From NCBI GenBank assembly GCA_964276515.1, contig OZ193909.1, forward strand, positions 15,748,001-15,812,000: a DNA stretch of 64,000 nucleotides, given 5' to 3'. The notes under the pieces are model-generated. The model was given only the letters and a program-made list of their open reading frames with translations. It was not told where the DNA came from and did no database searches. Below are positions 1 to 12,295 of this stretch, piece by piece (position 1 is the first letter of the stretch; every line of letters starts with the position of its first letter). Origin of the DNA: Gordius albopunctatus (taxonomy: Eukaryota). The position numbers and the translations under genes are program-made.

Positions 1-180
1 GCGGCAGCCTTGCAATTTAGGATGTCCGAGCATAAACCTCAAGATTACAAGAAGAGACAATCCTTGGAGCTACACACTTCCCTCTTCAATACCCACACCC
101 TCTCTGGCACCAACAATAACAGTAACAATCCCAATAACATCAACGGAGCCCCTCAGCATGGGCGGTATGAACTGGGGAAG
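1..180 (+). CDS. CTNNB1: beta-catenin/armadillo exon (end of ARM12, helix C, start of C-tail); the gene begins upstream of the window
   Basis: Frame 1 reads [30 protein letters not shown]..., matching beta-catenin [30 protein letters not shown]. GT donor at 181. Confidence 0.9.
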
Positions 181-1232
181 GTAATGGGCATTAATTCCTC
201 TATTTCTCCGCGCCATTTTGGCTATAATTCCACTTTTCTTGAGTTTTTTGAGTGTATGCGTGTGTTTTAAGATTGACATGATTTTTGCATTAAGATTTCC
301 AAAAATTAAGGAAACTGTCGCGATTGAACGTATTTGTTTTGTTTTATATGTTTTAAGTAGGGTTTTTAGATGCGGGTGCCGAATTTTAACACTTACCAGA
401 TAGACTGGCCCTAGCGGATTTTGTCTCTTTTTCCAATAACTGCTATAACTTTTGGCTTTTTACAAACTTAGCACTCCTCACTATACTTGGAGACATTGAC
501 GTAGCTAGGGGAGGGGCGGCTGCCAACCTCTAAATTATGGCTAAAATTTTAAAAATGCAAGTTATTAGTGGCCCCTTTAATTCGAATGCTCGCCACGCCC
601 TTGCTAGGAGATATATGAATATTAAATTTTCAAATTAAGCGAGAGACGGTATAAGGCAGCAAAAAGTAAAATATACGAAAAACATGTTTGACGTGGTTGT
701 GTGCTTCTTTTAAAATTTTACCTAATTTTTTTCCGGTTACACACATTTTAACAGAGGGTGGATTCTTGATAACTCGCTATTTGCATAGTTTTTATCTAGA
801 TATACCCACAAAAGGTCGTTGGTGAGTGTGTCCTAGTTGAATTTTTCAGGCTTTTCGCCTTTACCGTTCCTATGTAGATCCTCTCCTCTTATATTTTTGC
901 ATTCCCTTCAAAATTCTCCCTACCCATAAAATACAAAGTGTATTTTGTATAAATTTAATGGGAATACTAGCTATTTACATTGACAATCTTACCCCAAACT
1001 TGAGGTCTCCCTCCCTTCTCTTTAACACTAGGAATTAAGAATCTACTACTACCACTGCTGTCAAATATCAATCTATCTTATTCACCCCTTCGCATATTCG
1101 CTTATTTGGAATATTTCATAAACCATTTTTTGCGGTATTTATATTTTTGTCGCGCGGCAATACTATATATACATCTCGGTGAAATGTAAAAATAGTGTTT
1201 TTTTATCGATCGATCGATTTTGTTTTGTCTAG

Positions 1233-2729
1233 CTCTTGTATTCGGACATCGAGAACATACAAAGAATGGCGGTAGCTGTGCTTTATGAATTGGCCTCTGA
1301 AAAGGAGTTTGTCGAACTGATTAAACAAGAAGGGGCCACCGCACCCCTAACAAATCTTTTGCATTCTCCCGATAGAGGTGTTGGTAAGTTTAAAGCTCAA
1401 TAATTTTGATTCAAATGCTCAGTAATTTAAAGGGATTGACGCTGACGTAAGAGTTCACACGTATAAAGTGAGCGTTCGAAAACTTAGAAAATCTTTTAGG
1501 TTTGAAAATGTATTTTGCAGGCAGAATGTCTATTGCTGGCGAAGGAAAAGGCTTGGCGTGTAATTATACGGAGGAGTCGCATATTTATCGGTTTTGGCAG
1601 GACGCCCAGGAGCTCTCTAAGTTGTCCAAAATTTAATGAGACAAGAGGTGGCAGGAGAAATTATGTATGTAGTTGTTCTCTTAATGACGTATTTTTGTCG
1701 TTGTCAGCAGAATCCATCATAGGCCCAAAATTGTTAGGGAATCGTAAAAATCATAGCGATACTGAGAGATAACTTATTAAAGAAGACGTGTGTTATAGTT
1801 TATTTAAACTCGACCTCACCGGCGTCGTTAATTTTTGCTCATTTTTGTATATGTCACCTCAAAATATGTATTTATATAATTATGTGAAAATTGTAGTGTT
1901 GTTAATCGACTTTTGGTTTTAGTCAACATAAGCATACCAAAATCTACCGTTGGTCTTAGTTGAACCTAGGGTTGACCAAACAAAGCCCCCATCCCTTTTT
2001 ACAAAATCTATTTCATTAAATTTCAATGTTTTCCTTGTAAACGCAAACAATTGTAGCGACGTACGCGGCAGCCTTGCTATTTAGGATGTCCGAGCATAAA
2101 CCTCAAAGGACCGCACGGCCACGCCCCTATGCCGCCCTCATTGGTGCACTTCGGCAATCAACAACATGCTGGAGGTAATTTAGCCAAAAAAACCATTTTG
2201 ATTGGTATGGACATTTTGGGAAAATTACAAATAAGGTGTCTGAATATTTAAAAAAGCTTTCATAAGTTGGAAAGTTTCGTTCTTAGCGAGGAATATTTTT
2301 TGCTTTAAATACTAAGTGTTGCTTGTGAAAACAGTGTGGTTTTAGCGGTGGGTGAGTGGTAATAATAAAAAGAATAGGATGTGAATATGTTTAGAGCCTT
2401 TACTTTTTTACGAAATGCCTCCCCCTATAAGCTTTTTTATTGTTTTGGAGCCCTTTATAATCTGTGGAGCTTAACATGGGCGTAGCCAGGGGGGACGTCC
2501 GCTTTCCTCCGCTAAATGACGAAAAAAGATTAATATTATTAGATTACTAATATATCATTTTAAAGTACTGTTTGCCCTACCTCCATACAGGTCAAGCCAT
2601 GAGCATGCCCATGTTTTACGAACAACAAGCTCAACACCAGGGCGAGCAACATCACGCAGGCATGCAGGTCATGAATAATATACCCAACGGAGGCTCTTAA
2701 CTGGCAATTGGTTCGATACCGGAATTTGA
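1233..2729 (+). pseudogene. CTNNB1: partial beta-catenin duplicate, last three exons (1233-1383, 2057-2174, 2591-2729)
   Basis: Exons read [62 protein letters not shown] and terminal GNWFDTGI* (cf. WFDTDL). All have AG/GT boundaries. There is a frameshifting deletion after HKPQ. Confidence 0.85.
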
Positions 2730-4267
2730 AAATGTCTTTAGCACATTTTTTCATAATTATCAATTTATTTTCATTTCTATCATACAATGTAATCTTTTCA
2801 ATTTTTTACATACTTTTAAACTGAGAAATTGTCTGAAATGACCTAAAGTAGTGGAAGATGGAGAAAAGATCGGGTTTTAATTTGTGATAAATACCATTTA
2901 AAAGTTTCCAGTATTTTAATCATTATTTTCTCAAGCATTTCTACCCAAGCACTCTTTCGTTGTGATTACTTACACCTTACTTTTTGACAATTTTTTACAT
3001 AATTTTGCAGCTATTTACCATCATTTTTACATCATATAGTAGCACCTACCGCTTTTTTACCCTTTAAACCATTTGTAGTTTTTACCCTAGAGCATAAATA
3101 TATTTATATTTTACTGCTTACTCAATTATACTATATGCAACCATTTGCATCTATATGATTTCATTAATTTATAGTTTTAAACTATTTTAACTTATAATTG
3201 ACGATAAATGTTTATTGAAAATAAATGGCTAGCATTAATAAACTTTATGATTAAAAAATTTTTTGAGTATTATGTGTTAAAATGGATTTGATTCCACTTT
3301 TAAATTACAAGATGCAAATATGATAGACCTTTAGAAGGTCAAGTAGTCTTCTGTGTTTTGTATAATTGGAAAATAGCTTGTGCCTTTTAACTTTTTGCCC
3401 AATTCATATGTCAAAAAATTTATTTATATTCGATTTTATTATACATAGACTCTATACATTGATATAGGTTAAGCTATTTTATATCAAAATTTCATTTTTA
3501 ATTATGTATTTTTATGATTAAATAAACTATTTTATTTAAAAAAATAACATATAGCTCTTCCTCGAGTTATTAAGGTCGCCTCCATTTTATTTTAAAATTT
3601 ATATGAAAAGTAATTTTGGCATTTAAATTTTGCACAACGAGGTATTAAGGGCTAAATGAAATTTTAAATCAACATCGTATATGGTCACCTACTGGCCCCT
3701 TTGCCCCCCAAGCAATTATATAATATATCTTGACTTAGTAAATAATTCTTTTATTTATTAGTTTTAAAAAAAGTAAATCGTTTAATTGAGCTAAGCGACC
3801 ATTTATATTAAATTTCCGCTTTGTTATTTATTAATACACAATGAATGAAATGCAAGCAATTTAAACATACCGTATATTTAAAACCTTTCCAACGACAGCT
3901 TTAATCAAATATGTATGGTATTATTTGGGATCGGGGCAATTCCGTTTTTGTAAAAATTAAAAATTTTCTTGTCAATCTACCGGATCCATTTTGAGCTTTA
4001 ATTTATTTGTATAAACTCACTTTGTGCCTAATAACACTAGTCTACAAATTTTGACTTTGTGATTCCATCCTGCAATTGGACCAATAATCCTGATAGAGAA
4101 TTTTGCGCTGATCACAAATATGTTTTTAGTTTTTTCCCAAAACCTCCAGTTTTTTAGATAAATGATTTTTTGGGGGTATTTTGAAGTTGAATACCAACGC
4201 CATTTTAAATTTTTATTGGAAAAAAATTAGTGTTTTTGTGTATATTTAAGTCTCATCTCCCCTTGTA

Positions 4268-5062
4268 TTAATTGCTATGCAATTTATGGGCTCGCTTTTT
4301 GGTGTCCGTCCGTCCGTTGTCCGTTACCCTCCAATTTATTTACACCAGCTTCCCCACCTGAAGGTTACGAGTTCAATCCCGGGAGAGGACGAATTTTTTT
4401 TTAAATTAAATTAATATTTTGTTCTTGTTAATATCATTGATAATATGACTTTTTGACCTTCCGCTGGCTACTGACCAATGAAAAAATGACCATTGGCCAA
4501 ATAAATCGAACTTTTTGAATTGGTTAACATCGATAATTACCCTATGCCCTCCCCTACAAGGGCCTATGCCTCTACTGCTATGGGTCCCTGTGCCCCTACA
4601 AAAGCATATGCCTCTAATGATGTGGGTTGGAATCCCGGTGAACGTTTTGAATTTCTGGTTCGATACCCGGAGAGGACAAAAAATTTTTTTTTTAAATTAA
4701 ATTAATATTTTGTTCTTGTTAATAATACCATTGATAATATGACATTTTGATCGTGTTCTGTGTACTGACTATTGGCGAAATTGTGATTCGAAATTTTTTT
4801 TAGTTTTTTTATTGGTTAACATTGATAATTACCCTATGCTCTCCCCTACAAGGGCCTATGCCTGTACTGATATGGGTCCCTGTGCCCCTAAAATGCCTAT
4901 GCCTCTACTAATGTGGGTTCGAATCCCGGAGAGGGCAAAATTTTTAGATTTTTTTAATCGATTAATTGCTATGCACTTTATGTATTTTGTTCTTGTTAAT
5001 ACCATGGATAATATGACTTTTTGACCGTCCGCTGGCTACTGACCAATGATAAAAATGACCTC
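4268..5062 (+). mobile_element. DINE-1/HINE-like (Helentron-associated) modular repeat
   Basis: Starts ATTAATTGCTATGCAATTTATGGGCTC, then a (GTCC)n microsatellite at ~4304-4324, then shuffled internal modules. The family recurs many times in the window. Confidence 0.55.
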
Positions 5063-5815
5063 TTAATATTATTGTTCAAATATTTTTCCCGGATGAAACG
5101 GATATGGCTTTTAGCCACGAAGATATCCGGTTTCTGAAAGACGCTGAACTTTTCTTCCTACCCTTCTATAAGGTATTTAAATATTTTCAAATATTTTGAC
5201 CTAAGGTCTTTGTAAAGAATCAGTTCCTACAATGGGAATTGTGTTAAACTTTTTTGAGGAAATTATAGATGGTCTCGAAACGGCAACCACGACTCATGGT
5301 CCTTTAAAAGATGCTGGCTATAAGATGATAATTAAAGCAAAACATTATTTTAATATCATGTGCACACAGGAAGTCTTTAATTGCTCTATGTTAGATCCGA
5401 GGGTCAAAAGAAAAGCAATGCCTTATTGCTTAAACACCCAAGTCAAATTTGATAATTTTTGTAGAGAATTTTTAGAAAGTTATAGCGGGAGATTTTTAGT
5501 TGACAGCTCTACGACAAGTGGATCTTTTACCGAATTAATATTACAGAAGAAACGAAGGTGAAAAAATTATTTTAAATTATTATAATTGAAGAATTGGAAA
5601 ATTATATTATTGAAATGGAATTTCATAGAGATGTAAATTATTTACAATGGTGGAAATCATCTTCATTGAGATTTCCTAATTTAGCTGCTATGGTTCAAGA
5701 TTATTTATGCCACCAAAGCACATCAGTCCCCAGTGAACACCTTTTCTCTAAGGCAGGTAACATAATTACCAAGAAAAGGTCACGCTTATCTCCAACTACA
5801 TTAAACCAAATGCTA
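5063..5815 (+). pseudogene. hAT transposase C-terminal fragment (dimerisation domain)
   Basis: LDPRVK motif, then LQWWKSSSLRFPNLAAMVQDYLCHQSTSVPSEHLFSKAGNIITKKRSRLSP. Broken by a stop/frameshift. Confidence 0.9.
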
Positions 5816-5820
5816 TGCAT

Positions 5821-6458
5821 TTTAATTGTTATGCAATTTATGGGCTCACTTTCCATATGTTTATGTCACGCTGTTCGTGTCACGCACCGAATGTCACGTT
5901 GTTTATTTTTTGTTCGTTTTAATTTAACAATCCCGGAGATGCCAAATTTTTTTTTATTTTTTTTTTAATTAATATATTGTTCTTGTTACTACCATTGATA
6001 ATATGACTTTTTGGCCGTCCACTGGCTGCTAACCAATGGATTTTTTTTTCGTTTTTTTTTACTCTTATGTATTAATAGACTACTCTTGGTACTGACCAAT
6101 TGAAAAAAATGACCATTGTTTTAACTAGTTTTTGGGTTCGAATCCCGGGTTTTTTTTGACTCTTATGATTTTTCTTGTTACTACCATTGATAATAAGACT
6201 TTTTGGCCGTCCGTTGGATGCTGATCGATAAAAAAATGACCATTGGCAAAAATGTGAATCCATGTTTTTTTTAGTTCTTTTTGACTATTATGATTGTTCC
6301 TGTTACTACCATTGCTATTATGACTTTTTGGCCGTCCGCTGGCTGCTGACCGATGGAAAAAATGACCATTGGCCAAAATGTGAATCCAAATTATTTTTTT
6401 CGTTTTTGAATTGGGTAATAACATTGATAATTACCCTATGCCCTCCACTACAAGGGCT
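5821..6458 (+). mobile_element. DINE-1/HINE-like modular repeat, interrupted by an LTR at 6459
   Basis: Same 5' module and internal units as the 4268 copy. Near-identical to 37352-37967. Confidence 0.55.
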
Positions 6459-7730
6459 TGTAGCGGCACTAGCCCCTGTAAATAAAATACAAAATTATGA
6501 AAGTGTAAGATTGATACACTAATTACTAAATAGGGGTAAAAACAAGGGTAAAATATAAGACCAACCACATTTATTAATACTGAGAGTAAAAATTACAAGA
6601 GAATAATTCTATATGAATTAACGTGTGTATATACACCATTTAAGGTGAGATTAATATGCATAATGTATAAATATTTTCATATATTCAAATTGAGATAAAG
6701 TATTTACATTGTGTAATTACGCGGGTGAATAATAATTCACGTAAATTATGTGTATTCAAATTATGGCAATTTGAAAGGCGCCATATAAATCCTCTCCTAA
6801 TTGCATGGAGTGCTAATAAAAAAGGTACTCAGTTAATTTAGCTGGCCAGTGGACTCTGCGTCCTGATTTGGTGGTTTTGTAATTTGAGTCAGTGTTGTTT
6901 GAGGAAGATGTTGAGGGGTAGGTGGAAGGTTGAGGTCTTATGTTTGGGCCTTTTGTTGATAATTTTTCCAAGTTCACAGATTCGACATAAGCTGGCTTTA
7001 AGCGGTCGATCGATATTTTATCCCTTTTACCTTTTTTGTCTATCAGAAAGTACTTAGTATGCCTCTCTAATACTTTAAACGGTCCTTCGTAAGGTGGAGA
7101 CAAGCTTTTGCGTACTTTATCTGTCCTTATAAAAACGTACGTGGTGGAAAAAAAATCGGTAGGGATCTGTTGTTTGATGTTTGCTGAACGCGGTGGTGTA
7201 AAACGGACACTGTGAAGTTGTTGAACGAAATCGGTTGTATTGGTGTCGATTGACGATGGCTCTATGTAATCGCCGGGCAGTCGTAAGGGTGTGCCGTATA
7301 CGAGTTCGGAGCTTGAACATGCTAGATCTTCCTTCATTGTGGCTCTAATACCCAGTAGTATCAACGGAAGCGTCTCTGACCACTTGTTGACCTTGTGTTT
7401 TGCCATGATAGAACTCTTCAACTGACGATGAAAACGTTCTACCAGCCCATTGGCTTGCGGGTGGTATGCGTTTGTGGTTATCTGGTGATAACCGAGTAGT
7501 TGGGATAATTCTCTGAAAAGGTTGGATTGAAACTGGGGTCCACGGTCAGTTGTTATGGTAGTTGGTACACCAAGGTTTCCTATCCAATTTTGCAAGAAGG
7601 TATTAGCAACTGTCTCGGCTGTTGTATCTTTGATGGGAACCGCAATTGGCCATCTTGTAAAACGATCTATTGCGGTAAAAATTTAATTATAGCCATTGGC
7701 TGGTGGTAGCGGACCAACGATGTCTAGGTG
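6459..7730 (-). mobile_element. Ty3/gypsy 3' fragment: integrase (6813-7730), PPT (6790-6798), 3' LTR (6459-6785)
   Basis: Motifs [28 protein letters not shown] and ISIDRLKP. Purine tract AGGAGAGGA precedes the LTR, which ends GCTACA. Near-identical to 37968-39240 (offset 31509). Confidence 0.92.
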
Positions 7731-7789
7731 GTAAGTAAACAACCAATCATTATAACGTTCATTTTACCGTTTATTTTAAAATTTTTCCA

Positions 7790-8185
7790 TATCCACGGAA
7801 TTAAAGCTATTACAAGCTACAGAGACGAGAATGATACCGTGGAGCTTGGGGTATACTAAGCTCGACCATATGACGAATGAGTTTCTCATGATAAAAATGG
7901 GTATTCAATCTATGGCGGACATGATTAACAAAAATCGGCTAAAGTGGTATGGGCATATACTAAGAAGGAATACGGATGACGTAAATAGAAAAGTACTGGA
8001 CATAGAGGTACCGGGGAAGAGAGGAAGAGGACAACCCCGTGTCACGTGGAAAGGGCATGTGGATAAAGTTATGGAAACTAAAGAGATTAGTCAAGACATG
8101 GCACTCATCCGGTCAAGATGGAAGAAACTTATCAAAACAAACACCACCAATGTGGGACCATATAACTGATAAAGAAGAAAGAAGA
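7790..8185 (+). mobile_element. RTE-clade LINE 3' fragment
   Basis: RLKWYGHILRR...VPGKRGRGQPRVTW is a typical RTE ORF C-terminus, followed by a GAA-rich tail. Confidence 0.85.
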
Positions 8186-8334
8186 GACCATATCACAAAG
8201 TGTAATCAATATTTTCATCTATTATTCATGCCTACAAGTGCAATTTCATTTATTTTCACATTTATATTATCTAGGCCAGAATGATCACCAATCTATCTCT
8301 GCATCTAATCAACTGCTGCTTCGAGCCTTAATAG

Positions 8335-8885
8335 TGCAGGGACAGCCACAAACTATTGTATTCCTGAATTTTTGTAATCTTTTTTAGGCCAGCAAAGTGT
8401 GGCCATTCCTAATACACAAAGAAGCCAGTCAATAGGTGTTTCTACCAACTATCCAAGGATACTGCCTACAGTTTTAGTTAGGCAAGGACAGCCACAAAGT
8501 ATTGTATTCCTTAATTTTTTTAATCTTTTTTTAAACCAGCAAAGTTTGGCCACTCCTAAATGTCAAATACTGCCTACAATTTTAGTTTGGCAGACACAGC
8601 CACAAACTATTGTAGTTTTGAATTTTTGTAATCTTTTTTAGATCAGCAAAATGTGGCCACTCCTAACAGTCAAATACTGCCTACAATTTTAGTTTGGCAG
8701 GGACAGCCACAAAGTATTGTAGTCCTGAATTTTTGTAATCTTTTTTAGATCAGCAAAATGTGGCCACTCCTAACAGTCAAATACTGCCTACAATTTTAGT
8801 TTGGCAGGGACAGCCACAAAGTATTGTAGTCCTGAATTTTTGTAATCTTTTCTAGATCAGCAAAATGTGGCCACTCCTAACAATC
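8335..8885. repeat. tandem repeat, ~107 bp unit, ~5 copies
   Basis: GATCAGCAAAATGTGGCCACTCCTAAC at 8641, 8748 and 8855. More degenerate units lie upstream. Confidence 0.93.
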
Positions 8886-9599
8886 AATGAAAGCCATTTG
8901 ATACGTACTGATAATCCACAAATTATGGATGTTACTAATCAAATGGACAGAGGTATTTCTTAATATTTATACTACTTAGTTTTTTTCATTTATTTCATTC
9001 ATCTTCACAAAATATGTATTTTTATATAAGATTCAACTAATTTATATTTATTAACCTAGTGGCTTGCCCCAAAAAGGGGGAGTACTCTTTTATTACACCC
9101 CATACCTATATATGACAAGTCAAAAGAGGTCTACTGCCTCTTGCCCTTCAACAGCTTCAGAGTCTGAATGGCATATTATTACCTTATTATAAATTTGCCT
9201 AGTTTCTAATATTTTACATGAACGAGACACAAGTCAAGTCATTATACTGACAATATTTATACCGAATAAAAGTCTACAATGTATGTTGTTAAGTAGCAAT
9301 ATAGTCAGCATAGACATGAAAGTTTTAAAGTAAATTGGGATTTGCAAAATAAATTTTTCACATTCTTAAAAAATTTAACCTGCTATAACATTTTCTAATT
9401 ATATCTTTTTAAAACAAGAACAAGATTTTAAGGCATTTTTTTCTAGGCTCTTTTGTAAGCATTAAATGTAAAAATTGGGGTAAGAGTTTCACCCATCAAT
9501 CATCTTATATATCAATATAACAGTACATCAATAAGTAAACATTAGTTGAGGTAGATAAAAATAAAATAGTTAGTGAATCAGGTATAAATAAATTTCCTT

Positions 9600-9804
9600 T
9601 AATAATAGTGTCGGGATGGGATATATATACCAATTAATGTAATAAGTGTTTTATTAAATATCCAAATAAAAGAGCAAGTGTTTTTTGAGAAAAATAAGTG
9701 CGTTTATACAATCGCGCATTAATTGAATAAACAATTAAATTTAGTGTTGAGTCCTCGACGTGTTTGTGATTGGTCAATTAACGTCGCGAGGTAATGGACG
9801 CAAC
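9600..9804 (-). mobile_element. LTR remnant related to the LTR at 36231
   Basis: The reverse complement shares GTTGCGTC, CGACGTTAATTGACCAATCA, CACTAAA and TTTATTCAATTAAT, in the same order, with 36231-36547. Confidence 0.6.
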
Positions 9805-10139
9805 GCTACAATAGCAAACTCTTAATATAAAAGCTTATCTAATCACATGCACATTGATACTAATCCTATTTAATAATGATCCCTTTACAATCTTTAACGA
9901 TATAATTAAGTTATATAGCTTCATAAATTGTATGAATAATTTCTATTTATTCTAATGGCTAGAGAGATTGCCCTTTTAAAATTTAATATGTTTTCTATTA
10001 AAGTAAAAAAACATTATTAAATCTCTTATATGTTTAAGCTGAGATTATACTCTCAAACTATATCAATTATCATTCTAAATATTCCATTAATCAACTTGTA
10101 AACAAGAATCTAGAGGCATGAGATAGCACTCGGATGATA

Positions 10140-10540
10140 TCCTTTATATAATACCTATATTTATTATATATTGCTTAATTATACACCACCCCATACCAAA
10201 CTACGTGTGTTAGTTAATTATATAATTTAGTATTTAATTATATAACGTATGTATAAATTGCTTTTATATTATTACATATATTTTATTATATACACTTAAT
10301 TATATACCACCCTTTACCAGACTAAATTGTTTTTATTAATTATATAATCTAGTATTAATAGTATAAAGTATCTAGAAGTTCCTTTTATATTATTACATAT
10401 ATTTTATTAAATACACTTAATTATATACCGCGCTTTACTAGACTAACTTGTATTTATTAATTATATAATTTAGTATTGAATATATTAAGTATGTAGAAAT
10501 TGCTTATATATAATTCTATATATTTTATTATATACATATA
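10140..10540. repeat. AT-rich tandem repeat, ~121 bp unit, ~3 copies
   Basis: TTAATTATAYACC recurs at ~10175, 10296 and 10417 with conserved intervening sequence. Confidence 0.85.
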
Positions 10541-10636
10541 TTTGCTTAAACATATGTTCATATATTTTTTGCTTATTTTGATTTTAGATTTAATGTCTAA
10601 TTTGTTAGGCTGTCAGTATTATGAACTGTCGATATT

Positions 10637-10810
10637 TTGAACATGATTCGGTTCAGCATCCAGACCAAGCAACCAGGACTTTTTATAAACCCCGACAAAT
10701 GCTCAATGATTCGTATAAACGATTCTTCGAATTCTACTCTGGTAATCAACAACAACGTAATAAATGCATCTCAAAAAATCCGTTATTTGGGAGTGGACCT
10801 TCGCTTCTGC
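10637..10810 (+). pseudogene. non-LTR reverse transcriptase fragment (domains 6-7)
   Basis: GLFINPDKCSMI...KIRYLGV matches the GLxINxxK / YLG motifs. Confidence 0.7.
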
Positions 10811-10984
10811 ACAGCCTCTGGAATGTTCATCGTTTGGAAAACCAATCAAATTCACCCAAATATTTGCTCAGAGTAATGTCATAACACTAGTATCATGGTC
10901 ATAACATTATCAGTAAGTGTCATAACATAAAAGTTAGATAACTTTAGATAACTTATCATTTAATAACAAAATACATCCATTTTT

Positions 10985-12295
10985 ATTATTTGCGATGCAA
11001 TTTATGGGCTCACTTTCCATTTGTTTATGTCTTGCTACCGAATGTCTTGTCACGCTCTTTATGTCACGCACCGAATGTCTTGTCTCGCTTTTCGTCTTGT
11101 TTACTACTGAAACTGCTTGGAATTCGAATAAGCCATCCTGAGTACGATATTAATTGCTATGCAATTTATGGGCTCACTTTCCATTTTGTTTGTCACGCTG
11201 TTCGTGTCACGCACCGAATGTCTTGTCACGCTCCTCGTGTCACGCACCGAATGTCTTGTCAGTTGTCACGCTTTTCGTCTTGTTTACTACTGAAACCGCT
11301 TGGAATTCGAATATTAATTGCTATGCAATTTATGTTTTAACTAGTTTTTGGGTTCGAATCCCGGGTTTTTTTTTATTCTTATGATTGTTCTTGTTACTAC
11401 CATTGATAATATGACATTTTGGCCGTCCGTTGGATGCTCACCGATAAAAAAAATCACCCGTAGGCCAAAATGTGAATTTAAGTTTATTTTCGTGACTATT
11501 ATGATTGTTCCTGTTACTACCATTGCTATTATGACTTTTTGGTCGTCCGCTGGCTGCTGATCAATGGAAAAAATGACCATTGGCCAAAATGTGAATCGAA
11601 ATTATTTTTTTCGTTTTTTTTGGGTAACATTGACAATTACCCTATGCCCTCCCCTAGCAGAGCCTATTCCTCTATTGATATGGGTCCCTGTGCCCCCCCT
11701 CTTACAAAGGCTTACGCCTCTCCAGATCTGGGGTTTGAATCCCGGAGAGGCCAAAAAATTAAAAACAAAAATTTTATTTATTTTTTAAATTAAATTAATA
11801 CATTGTTCCTGTTACTACCATTAATGATATGACTTTTTGGCAGTCTGGCTGCTGACCAATGGAAAAAAATGACCATTGGCCAAAGTGTGCACCGAAATTT
11901 TTTTTCCATTTTTTGACTAACATTGATAATTACCCTATGCCCTCTCCTATTAATTGCTACGCAATTTATGGGCTCACTTTCCATTTTCCGAATGTCTTGT
12001 CACGCACCGAATGTCACGCACCGATTTTTTTAATTCTTTAACATTGATATTTACCCTATGCCCTCCCCTACAAAAGCCTATGCCTCTATTTTTGATGTGG
12101 GTCGAATCCCGTTTTTTTAATTAAATGGAAAATTTGTATAATGTTCTTGTTAATACCATGTATAATATAACTTTTTAACCTTCCGCTGGCTACTGACAAA
12201 TGAAAATGAAAAAAATGACCATTGGCCAAAGTGTAAAGCAAAATTTTTTTTCGTTTTTTTGGCTAACATTGATTTATAGACCATCTGTTGGTATT
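10985..12295 (+). mobile_element. cluster of DINE-1/HINE-like repeat copies
   Basis: 5' module at ~10988, 11149, 11313 and 11949. TGTCACGCACCGAATGTCT micro-repeats and GGTTCGAATCCC modules. Confidence 0.55.

Larger units (their letters stand above)
971..5900 (+). repeat. segmental duplication, copy 1 (direct copy at ~28650-33550)
   Basis: Co-linear near-identical sequence at offset ~27654-27679. Identical ORFs at 5232/32886 and 4812/32466. Confidence 0.95.

Noticed and set aside
1515..1772. 85-aa ORF conserved at 29193-29450
   Set aside because: It is intronic, starts at TTG, and is conserved only because of the recent segmental duplication.
4515..6522. Many short ORFs in the modular repeat (also at 11-12 kb, 32-34 kb, 37 kb and 46-47 kb)
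   Set aside because: They overlap in all frames, vary by homopolymer indels between copies, and contain no recognisable domains.
8335..8885. Regularly spaced repeats as a CRISPR array
   Set aside because: Whole units repeat with no unique spacers, the context is eukaryotic, and there are no cas genes.
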